A DNA stretch of 64,000 nt from an uncultured Acidobacteriota bacterium (GTDB lineage Bacteria; Acidobacteriota; Thermoanaerobaculia; UBA5066; Gp7-AA6), in the NCBI GenBank assembly GCA_963776755.1, contig CAVZNW010000001.1:68866-132865 (forward strand), read 5' to 3'. Both the position numbers and the translations under genes were made by a program. This document shows, piece by piece, positions 45,871-55,803 of the stretch (position 1 is the first letter of the stretch; the number at the start of each line of letters is the position of its first letter). The notes beneath the pieces were generated by a model. The model did not search any database. It had not been told where the DNA came from and worked only from the letters and a program-made list of their open reading frames with translations.

Positions 45871-48745
45871 GCGCCGGGGGGCGCTGGACCGAGGTCCGGG
45901 CGCTCTTCGAGGAGCTCGTCGAGCTCTCGCCCGCCGAGCGGGACCGCCGGCTCGGCGCGCTCGCCGACGTCGAGCTCGCCGGGCGCGTGGCGAAACTCCT
46001 GGCCGCGGACTCGCAGGCCGGCCGCTTTCTCGAGACGCCGGCCGTCGCCGTCGCCGGGGGACTCTTCGACGGCCTCGCCGAGCCGGAGGCGGAGGCCCCG
46101 CCGCCCGAGCGCATCGGCCCGTACCGCGTGCTGCGGCGCATCGGCCGCGGCGGGATGGGCGAGGTCCTGCTCGCCGAGCGCGCCGACGGCCTCTTCGAGC
46201 AGCGCGTCGCCATCAAGCTGCTGCGCCCGGGCATGGCCTCCGACGAGATCCTCCGGCGCTTCTCGCGGGAGCGTCGGATTCTCGCGAGGCTCGAGCATCC
46301 GCACATCGCGCGCCTTCTGGACGGCGGCGCGACCGAGGACGGGCGTCCCTATTTCGTCATGGAGCTCGTCGAGGGCGAGCCGATCACGGACTACTGCCGG
46401 TCCCGCGACCTCGGGGCCGACGAGCGGCTGCGCCTCATCGAGGACTGCTGCGACGCCGTCGCCGCCGCGCACCGGAACCTCGTCGTTCATCGGGACCTGA
46501 AGCCCTCGAACGTTCTCGTCACGAAGGACGGCGAGGTCAAGCTCCTCGACTTCGGGATCGCCAAGCTGCTCGGCCCCGACGACACGGGCGAGGCGGCCGC
46601 CGAGACCCGCACCGAGCTGCGGCTGCTGACCCCCGCCTACGCCGCTCCCGAGCAGGTCCTCGGCGAGCCCGTCACCACGGCGACCGACGTGTGGGCGCTC
46701 GGCGCGCTCGCCTACGAGCTCCTGACGGGGACGCTGCCCCAGAAGCGTGAGGGACGTTCCGCGTCCGCCCTCACGGCGGCCGTCGCGGACGACGTGACGG
46801 AGCGACCGAGCCAGCGGGTGAGCCGAGAGCCCCTCGAGGCGCTGCCGCTGCTCCGGCCGTCCGAGGCCGACCGGCGCCGCCTCGCCAGGCGTCTGCGCGG
46901 GGACCTCGACAACGTCCTGCTCGCGGCGCTGCGCCGCGCGCCCGAGCGCCGGTACGGCTCGGTCACTGCCCTCGCCGGGGATCTGCGCCGCCACCGCGAG
47001 GGCCAGCCGGTCAAGGCACGGCCGGACACGTTCGGCTATCGCGTCGGGAAGTTCGTCCGGCGCAACCGCGTCGGCGTGGCCGCGGGCGCGCTCGTCGCCG
47101 TGTCGCTCGTGGCCGGCATCGCCGTCGCGGCCTGGCAGGCGCGCCGCGCCGAGGCGCACGCGAAGACGGCCGCGGCGGCCGCCCGCCGCGCGGAAGGCGT
47201 CAAGGAGTTCCTGATCGGCCTCTTCGAGGTGGCCGATCCGGAGCAGGCCTCCGGCGGCTCGGTGACGGCGAGCGAGCTGCTCGATCAGGCCGGGCAAGCG
47301 CCTGGAGACCGAGCTCGCCTCCGAGCCCGACATCCAGGCCGACCTGCTCGAGGCCGTCGCTCGCATCGACAAGGGGCTCGGCCGCCTCGACACCGCCGAG
47401 GACCTGGCGAAGCGCTCGCTCGCGATCCGGCGAGCGGATCCTTCCGGCGGGCGACGCGGCGATCGGCCGCAGCCTCGCGACACTCGGCGCCGTGAAGATG
47501 TCCGCAGGGCAAGCTCGACGAGGCGGAGAAGGAGATCACCGCGGCGCTCGCCGTGCTCGAGGTCGCCGAGGCGCCCGACAGCCTCGCCACGGCGCGGGCG
47601 CGGAGCGACCTCGCGCAGGTCCTCTTCTGGAAGGGCCAGGCGGAGCGCGCCGAGACGAGCGAGCGCCGCGTCTACGAGACCTACCGCCGGGTGCTGGGCG
47701 ACGACAACGCCCAGACGGCCATGCACCTGCGCAACCTCGGCGTGCTGCTCGACGAGCTCGACCGGGTCGACGAGGCGGAGAAGGCGTACCGGGATTCGCA
47801 GGCGGTCCTCGTCAAGCAGCTCGGGCCCGACCACGTCAACCTCGGATACAGCTACGTGAATCTCGCCGTTCTCCTCGGCTCGAGGCGCGGCCAGGCGGCC
47901 GAGGCGGATGCACTCTACAAGCGCACGCTCGAGATCCGGCGCAAGGCGCTCGGCCCGAATCACCCGACGGTCGGCCAGGCGCTGCAGCTCACCGGGCTCT
48001 TCTACCTGAACCAGGGGCGGCTCGAGGAGTCGGAGGCCGCCTACCGCGAAGCGCTGGCGCTCTTCTCCGGCATCGACCCGAAGCACTTCGAGGTCGGCAA
48101 GTGCATGAACGGCCTCGCGCTCATCGCCTCGCGCCGCGGCCGGTACGCCGAGGCCGAGAGGCACCATGGAGCGAGGTCGAGGCGCTCTTTCGCGAGGTCC
48201 TCGGCGAGAAGCACTCCTTCACCTGGCAGGTCCGGGGCAACCGCGCGTCGCAGATCGGCCTGCAGGGCCGGCTCGAAGAGGAAGAGTCGATCGAGCGCGA
48301 GGTCGCAGCGAAGCTCGAGGAGTTGAACGGCAGGGGCTCAAGCGAGGCTCTCGACGCGCGCGCGCGCCTGGCCGAGACGCGGCGCAAGCGCGGGCACCCC
48401 GAGGAGGCCCTGCCCGTGCATCGCGAGGTCCTCGCGGCCGTCGTCAGGATGGAGGGTGAGGACAGCACCTGGGTTTCCATGCTTCGCTACCAGGTCGCCG
48501 CGGACCTCCTCGCGGCGGGCAAGCCGGAGGATCGAGCCGAGGCGAAGGCCCTGCTCGACCGCGCCCTCGCGGTGCTCGAGAAGCAGGCGCCGCCGCACCA
48601 GCGGCTCGCCGAGGTCCGGGGCAGGGGGGGCAGGCTGAAGCGCTCGGCCGAAGACCGTCAGCCTGACTCGCGCTACGGCAGACGCAGCGCCTTGACGAGG
48701 AACGTGGCCATCTGGCCGCGGTTGTTCGGGTTCGAGGGACAGTAG
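45867..48745 (+). CDS. Ser/Thr protein kinase with TM helix and TPR C-terminal domain. The kinase half is intact; the TPR half has about 4 frame breaks and a probably masked stop.
   Basis: (V)SAGGRWTEVRALFEELVELSPAERDRRL; GRGGMGEVLLA, AIKLL, HRDLKPSNVLV, DFGIAKLL, APEQ; TM GVAAGALVAVSLVAGIAVAAW. The TPR pieces (ORFs 47553..48326 and 47492..48745) are joined by breaks near 47295, 47431, 47508 and 48163. With the G7 run at 48624-48630 one base shorter, the frame ends ..RGRGAG-TGA at 48636-48638 instead of running 73 nt into P17. Confidence 0.8.
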
Positions 48746-50909
48746 TTGCCGCCGCCGCAGCCGGACGTCACGCCCTCGATCGAGAGCTGCTCGATCCAGT
48801 CCGCGAAGAGCGACGGGCAGGCCACGTCGGCGAAGACGCCGCTGCAGGCCGGCGGAGCGTAGGTCGGGCCGTGCACGGCCTTGAGAAGGAACGGCGCCAT
48901 CTGGTCGCGCCGCACCGCGTCGAGCGGGCAGAAGTTGCCGCCGCCGCACCCGCCGGTGATGCCCTCCGCCGCCATCGCCTCGATCCAGTCGGCGTACTGC
49001 GAGGGGCAGGGCACGTCGCTGAAGGTCCCGGGCGGCGTGCACGGGGGCGGCGTGTAGCAGACGCCGTGCTCGGCCTTCAGCACGAAGACGGCCATGGCCT
49101 GCCGCTTCACCGGATTGTCCACGCCGTAGAGGCCGCTGCCGATGCCGGCCGTCACCTGGTTGGCGACGAGCTTGACGATGTCGTCGTGGAACTGGTTGGC
49201 CGGCGGCACGTCGAGGAAGTCGGCGATGTAGCCGTTGGTCGAGCGTTCCGGAGACGCCCCCCGGGTTCGTGACGACGACGTCGTGGGCCGTTCCCGCTCC
49301 GAATGCCGGCATGTCCGCCGTGATCGAGTTCGGCGGCGTGACGACGAGGTTCGAAGCGGCGACTCCGCCCACTGAGACGGTCGCGCCCGGTTCGAAGAGC
49401 TGCCCGTACATCAGAACGTTGCTGCCGCCTGCCGCCGGGCCGGAGCGCGGCAGGGTCTTCAGCAGGATCGCCTGCGAGAACTCCGACGTGTTGCCGGAGG
49501 GATCCGTGGCGATGGCCGTCACGCGTCCTCCCGGGGCAATGGGCGAGGGCAGCGTGTAGTCGATCCCGACGATGCCCGACGCGTTGGTCGTCGCCGTCGT
49601 GCTTCCGACGCGCACCTCGCCCTGCGCGGAGAGCACCGGAAACGTCACGCAGCTCGTGCTGGCGTAGAAGTCCACGTCGAACGTCGTCGACGGCGCGCTG
49701 CTCAGCACGAAGTGCGCGACGGTCGGCGGCCCGTAGTCGATCCCCGTCAGCACGGGCGCGTTCTGGCGCCCGTTCGGCCCGACGTCGGGGTCGCCGGGAT
49801 CCGCCGCGTGGGGCGGATCGAGTCCGAGCGCGATCGCGACGGGCCGGTTGTCGTAGAAGACGGTTGCCGCGCGCCGTGACCTGGCCGCTCGAGCCGGACA
49901 TGAGAAAACCGGCCGGGTAGTTGAAGGTGCCGCCCAGCCCGTTGTGCGCGATGACGTTGCCTTCGCCCGGGCCGAGGCCGCCGAGGACTCCCGTGAATGG
50001 CTGCCCGCTCGTGTCCATCGAGACGCCGTTGCCGAGGTTGGCGAGGTTCGCCGTCTGCGTCGGATTGGTGCCGACGAAGTTGCCCTGGAAGGTCGAGAAC
50101 CGGCCGTAGAACCCGACCGCGAGGCTTCCCGCGATCACGTTGCCCTCGTTCGCTCCCGGCCCGCCGATCTGGACTCCGTGCTTCGACGGGCAATACACGC
50201 CCATCCCGTTGGTGATGACGTAGGACACGGTGGCATCCGTTCCGATGAGATTCCCCTGAACCTTGCCGGCGACGTTGTACTCGAGGTAGACGCCGGCCAG
50301 GCCCGGATTTCCGGAGATGAGGTTCCGGTCCGCGGGGTCGGGTCCGCCGACCTGGACGGTGATGGGCGGCTCGTTGCCGAGCGTGCCGAGAGCGAAGACC
50401 CCCCAACGCTGGGACGACCCGTCGCCGACCGGTGTTCCCGCCGGCGTCGTGCCGAGGAAGTTGCCCGGTGACCGTGAGGTTCCCTTTGTTGTAGATCGCG
50501 CCGTCGCCGCAACGGTTGATCACGAGACCCCGGATGTGCGCGTCGGTTGTTTCGAGCTCCCAGCACGCCGCGAGCGAAACGGCCGCCCCGTTGATCTCCA
50601 CGTTGAGCACGGCGTTGGTCCCCTGCGCCAGCGGCAGCGTGTTGGGGGAGGAGCCTGGCTGCGTGTATCCGTCGACTGTGATCGGGCCGAACGCCTTCGG
50701 AAGCCACGTCGTCAGCGCGATCGTGTGGACGCCCGCACCCGGGATGTTGAAGTGGATCGTGTCGGCCCCGGGCGCGGCCTCCGCGTCGAGGATCGCCTGG
50801 CGAAGCGACCCGGCACCGGTGTCGACGGTCGTCGTGACGGTGAAGGTCGCGGCCCGGAGCCGACGCGGCGGCGGACAGGGCGAGGACGAGGGCGGCGGCG
50901 AAGTCGCAT
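48673..50909 (-). pseudogene. P17: array paralog, about 5 frame breaks as assembled
   Basis: AAGGAG overlaps the P18 stop; ATG 50909. Two breaks lie inside the signal peptide (MRLRRR / LVLALSAAASAP / [25 protein letters not shown]). Further breaks lie near 50468 (extra G in GGG), 49865 and 49242. The tail ORF 48673..49209 ends FLVKALRLP-stop. Confidence 0.75.
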
Positions 50910-50924
50910 CGTGGAGTTTCTCCT

Positions 50925-53157
50925 TCAGGGAAGCCGGAGCGCCTTGTTCAGGAACGTCGCCATCTGCCCGCGCGTGTTCGGATTGGTGGGGCAGTAGATG
51001 GTCCCGTTGCCACAGCCGGTGGTCACGTTCTCGGCCTTGAGCTGCTCGATCCAGTCGGCGAAGGTGGACGGGCAGACGACGTCGGCGAAGATGCCCAGGC
51101 AGCGGGGCGGCACGTAGGCCGGGCCGTGGACGGCCTTCAGGAGGAAAGGCGCCATCTGGTTGCGGAGGACCGTCCTGTCCGGGCAGAAATTGCCGCCTTC
51201 GCAGCCTGCCGTGATGCCCTCGCACGTAGAGCGCCTCGATCCAGTCGGCGAAGGCCGAAGGGCAGGGGACGTCGGGGAAGATATGGGGCGGCGTGCAGGG
51301 CGGCGGCGTGTAGCAGAGGCCGTGCTCGGCCTTCAGGAGGAAGACCGCCATGTTCTGGCGCTTGACCGGGTCGTTGACGCCGTAGAGGCCGCCGCCGATG
51401 CCGACGGTGACCCCGTTGGCCACGAGCTTGACGATGTCGTCGTGGAAGAGATTCGCCGGGGGCACGTCCAGGAAGTCTGCCACGTACCCGTTCCTGAGCG
51501 TTCCCTCCAGTCCTCCGGGGTTCGTGACGACCACGTCGTGGTACGTCCCGGGCGGAAACGCCGGCATGTCGGCCGTGATGGTGTACGGCGGCGAGACGAC
51601 GACGTTCGACGGCGCGACACCGCCGACGCTGACGGCCGCGCCTGCCTCGAAGAGCTGGCCGGAAAGCGTCACGTTGCCCCCGCCCGCCGCCGGGCCGGAG
51701 CGGGGCGCGGTCTTCAGCAGGATCGTCTGCGAGAACTCGGACGTGTTGCCGGCGGGATCGGTGGCGATCGCCGTCACGCCCTGGCCCGGCGCGAGCGGCG
51801 ATGGAAGCGTGAAGTCGATCGTCGCGAGACCCGACGCATCGGTCGTCGCCTGGATCGTCCCGACGATCGTCCTCGCCCTCCGGGTACGCCGTGGGCCGCG
51901 TGACGCACTGGAGGTTGGCGTAGAAGTCGACGTCGAAAGTCGTCGACGGCGTGCTGCTGAGGACGAAGTGGGCCACCGTCGGCGGACCGTAGTCGATGCC
52001 GGCCAGGACCGGCGCATTCTGCAGCGCGTTGGCGCCGGTGTCCCCGTCCCCCGGATCGGCCGGGTTCGGCGGATCGAATTCCAGGGCGATCCCGACCGGG
52101 CCGTTGCCGTAGAAACGGTTTCCTCGAAGGGTGACGGTGTCGCCCCCGATGAAGACCCCGCCGGGGCGGCCGCTGACTCCGCCGCCGCCATTCCACGCGA
52201 AGACGTTGCCTTCGCCCGGGCCCAGGCCGCCTACGGAGGTGTTCACCCCGCCGGCGACGAGCCCGCCTCCGAGGTTGCCGAGATTCGCCGTCTCGGTCGG
52301 GTTGGTCCCGATGAAGTTGCCCTGGAAGACGTCGGCGCCGGCATAAATGCCGAACGACAGGCTGCCGCCCGACCACGTTTCCATCGTTGGGGCCCGGACC
52401 GCCGATGTGCGGCGGCGGGTTGGAGGAGCTGTACACGCCGACGCCGTTGGAGATCGCGTACGACGCGGTTGCGTCGACGCCGATGAGGTTTCCCTGGAGG
52501 GTGAAGCGGGTGAGAAACTGCGACCGGACGCCCTCCGAAAGCTGGAAGGACGTGTGTCCCGAGATCAGGTTGCGGTCGGCGGGATTCGGCCCTCCGACGA
52601 CGACGTCCGTCGTCGCCGGCTCGGACTGCGCTCCCAGGGCGTAGATCCCTCTGTTCTGGGGCGCGCTGTCGGTGAGCGGCCCGCCCTGCGGCGTCGTGCC
52701 GATGAAGTTGCCCGTAATCGTGATCGAGCCGGTCACCTGGATTTCCCCGATCGGGCAGCGGTTGATCGTCAAGCCCTGGATGCGTCCGCCTCCGGCGGCC
52801 CACGTCAAACAAGGCTCGAGCGTCACGGCCGCGCCGCTGACTTCGACGTTCAGCACGGCGTTGGTGCCCTGAGCGAGCGGCAGCGTGTTCGGCGACGAGC
52901 CCGGCTGCGTGTAGCCGTCGATCGTGACGACGTCGGTGACGAAGGGGAGCGCCGAGGCGAGGACGATCGTATGCACCCCCGCGCCCGGGATCGCAAAGGC
53001 GATCGTGTCGGCGCCGCCGGCGAGGTTGGCGTCGACGATCGCCTGGCGCAGCGACCCGGCGCCGGAGTCGTTCGTGTTGGTGACGGTGAACGTCGCGGCG
53101 GACAGGCGCAACGGCGGCGAGAGACAGGACGAGGGCTCGGAGAACACGAGCACGCAT
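50925..53157 (-). pseudogene. P18: array paralog (closest to P17), about 4 frame breaks as assembled
   Basis: GAAGGAG SD, ATG 53157: MRARVLRALVLSLAA.. / ..LSA|[24 protein letters not shown] (break ~53105). Further breaks lie near 52375, 51880 and 51230. It shares DYGPPTVAHFVLSS.PSTTFDVDFYA and the ..KALRLP-stop end with P17. Confidence 0.75.
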
Positions 53158-53182
53158 GGCGATCTCCTTCCCGGGCTGGGAA

Positions 53183-53190
53183 AGTCTATC
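53183..53190 (-). promoter_or_regulatory. GATAGACT -10-like motif in the 54-nt P19-P18 spacer
   Basis: GCGATAGACTTTCCCAGCCCGGGAAGGAGATCGCC-ATG, 25 nt before ATG 53157. Confidence 0.3.
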
Positions 53191-53211
53191 GCGGCGGCCT
53201 TCGGGTCCTGA

Positions 53212-55681
53212 CTACTGCAAGCCGAACGTCTTCACGACGAACGTCGCCATCTGGCCGCGGTTGGCGCTGGTCAGGGGCAGTAGATTGCCGCGCCGCAGCC
53301 GGCCGTGATGTTGCGCGCGACGAGCTCGTAGATCCAGGGCGCGAAGTCCGAGGAGCACGGCACGTCCGTGAAAGTCGCGATTGGCGCACGCCGGCGGCGT
53401 GTAGCCCGGGGCCTCGTAGGTCTCGAGGAGCAGGACGGCCATCTGCTGGCGCAGGACCGGGCTGGTCGGGCAGTAGAGGCCGGCGTCCGCAGCCGCCGGT
53501 GATCCCCTCGGCGACGAGCTCGTTGATCCACGGGGCGAAAGCCCGAGCGAGCAGGGCACGTCGGTGAAGACCTGGACCGTGCAGGGGGGCGGCGCGTAGC
53601 AGAGGCCGTACTTGGCCTTGAGCAGGAAGACCGCCATCTGCTGGCGCAGCGTGTCGTCGCCGACGCCATAGTTGCCGCCGCCCACGCCCGCGGTGATGGC
53701 GTTGCGCGACGAGCGTCGTGACGAAGGAGTGGAACTGCTGCGCGGCCGGCACGTCGAGGAAGTCCGCCACCCAGCCCTTCACGAGCGTGCCGGTCGTGGC
53801 GTCCGTGTTCGTCACCACGAGGTCGGCGGCGCTTCCCGCGACGAGCGCGGGCGTCACGGCGGTCAGGGACGTGCTCGAGTTGACGACGACTCCGGTCGCC
53901 GGCTGGCCGCCGATCGTCACCGCCGCGCCGGTCCCGAAGTCCGTGCCGGAGACCGTGATGGTCTTGCCGCCGCCCGCGTCCCCGGAAGCGAAGTTGACCG
54001 AGAAGGGCAGCCGCTGCGAGAACTCCGAGGTGTTGCCCGCGGGATCGGTCGCCGTGGCGCTGACGTGCTCGCCCGCGGAGATCCCGATGGGAACCGTGAC
54101 GTCGACGACGCCGGTCCCGTTGCCGTCCGTCGTGACGACGCCGGAGCCGAGGTACTTCGCGCCCTCGAGGAAGTCCTTCGGGAACTTCACGCAGGCGGGG
54201 TTGGAGAAGAAGTCGAGATCGTAGATCGTGGAGGGCGTCGAGTGCAGGATGCCCTGGATGCGCAGCCCGCCCTCCGGCGTCTGCGCGATCGTCGGTGTCA
54301 GCGTCGAGAGCACCGGAAAGTTCTGGAGGCCGTTCGCCCCGGTGTCGCCGTCGCCCGGGTCGTTCGGCGTCGTGCCGTCGGTGCCGAGCGCGATGCCCAG
54401 GCCGAAGTTGTCGTGGATGGAATTGGCGCGGATGGAGGCGCCGGTCACGTTTTCGTTCTCGACGAATACGCCGTGTCCGGACGAAGGCGACGTCCCGTTG
54501 TACGCGATCACGTTCGCCTCGCCCGCACCGGTCCCGCCGATCTTGCGCCCGGAGCCGACGATGTAGACGCCCGGCGCCCGCGTTGCCGAGGGCCGCCGTC
54601 CCGGCGGCGTCCGTACCGATGAGATTGCCCTGCACCGTGATGTTGCGCCGGATGACTCCGATGCCGTCGCCGCCATTGGCCGAGACGACGTTGTCGAAGA
54701 CGTTGTTGTCGGACTGGGTGATCTGAATGCCGACGTCGCCGTTGCCCAGGCGCGCGGCGCCTGTCACGTCCGTGCCGATGTAGTTGCCCTGGATCGTGCT
54801 GTTGAAGGCCTGGAACAGATTGACGGCGGTGCGGCGAGTTGCCGGAGACGACGTTGCGCTCGGCGGCGGTCGCTCCGCCGATCGTCACGTTCGCACCGTA
54901 GCAGATGTTGATTCCGTCGTCGAATCCGACAGCGTTGCCCGTCGGCGCGACGGCGCCCGTTGCGTCGGGCCCGATCAGGTTGCCCTGGATCAGATGTCCG
55001 GAGCCGCCCGCGTTGGAAATGCAGCCGACGGCGATCTGGGTGCTGGCGTTGCCGGAAATGACGTTACGCGCCGCCGGCGTCGACCCGCCGATCCGAACGT
55101 TCGTGGCGTTCGAGTCGATCAGGATGCCGAGGAAGTTGTCCCGGTCGATCGAGGTCAGCCCGGTCGGGTCCGTCCCGATGAAACAGCCTTCGACCACGAA
55201 GTTGCTTCCCTGGCCGAGGATCATGATCCCGCTCGCGGGTGCAGCGGTTGATCACGAGTCCCCGGATGGTGACGTTCGAGTTCGAGGGGCCCTGCGTGAT
55301 CAGCGCGGCGTTGAAGAACGACCCGCCCGAGGTCGTTCCGTCGATCTCGATTCGGAGGACGGCGTTGGTGCCCTGGTCCGGCGATTGCGTGTTCGGCGAG
55401 GCGCCCGGCTGCGTGTAGCCGTCGATCGTGACCGCGTCGGCGATCGTCGGCAGCTCGTCAGCGGGCGTGATCGTGTGCACGCCGCTGCCCACGATGCTGA
55501 AGGCGATGACGTCGGCGCCGGGGTTCGCGTTGGCGTCGAGGATCGCCTGGCGCAGCGACCCCGCTCCACTGTCGTCGGTGTTCGTCACCGTGAAGGTCGT
55601 GGCGAAGGCGCCGGAGGTCAGCGCCGTGAACAGGAGGACGAAGGCGGGCGAAAGACGTCGACCCGGGCGGCGGGAGCGCAT
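53212..55681 (-). pseudogene. P19: array paralog, about 8 frame breaks as assembled
   Basis: MRSRRPGRRLSPAFVLLFTALTSGAFA|[38 protein letters not shown].. (ATG 55681). Segments lie in ORFs 55064..56776, 54508..55224, 53271..54767, 53186..54676 and 53212..53685. Breaks lie near 55240, 54835, 54585, 53700, 53560, 53495, 53395 and 53280. Ends FVVKTFGLQ-stop at 53212. Confidence 0.75.
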
Positions 55682-55722
55682 CTGTTTCCGACCTTTCTGA
55701 ATTGGAGCGAGGGAACCCCGGC

Positions 55723-55729
55723 AGTCTAC
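55723..55729 (-). promoter_or_regulatory. GTAGACT -10-like motif upstream of P19
   Basis: GGGGTAGACTGCC lies 41 nt before ATG 55681. The leader ..CAGAAAGGTCGGAAACAG-ATG is homologous to the P3 leader. Confidence 0.3.
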
Positions 55730-55803
55730 CCCAGCGGCCGTCCGCCGCACTTCGCTGCGAACGCTGCGGGGGATTCCGCGTGCGGCAAGCCTGGTCGAAT
55801 GCT

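Noticed and set aside
48673-48745. 73-nt convergent overlap of kinase 2 and P17 as a real antisense arrangement
   Set aside because: It is more simply explained by a one-base length error in the G7 run at 48624-48630, which would restore a TGA at 48636-48638.
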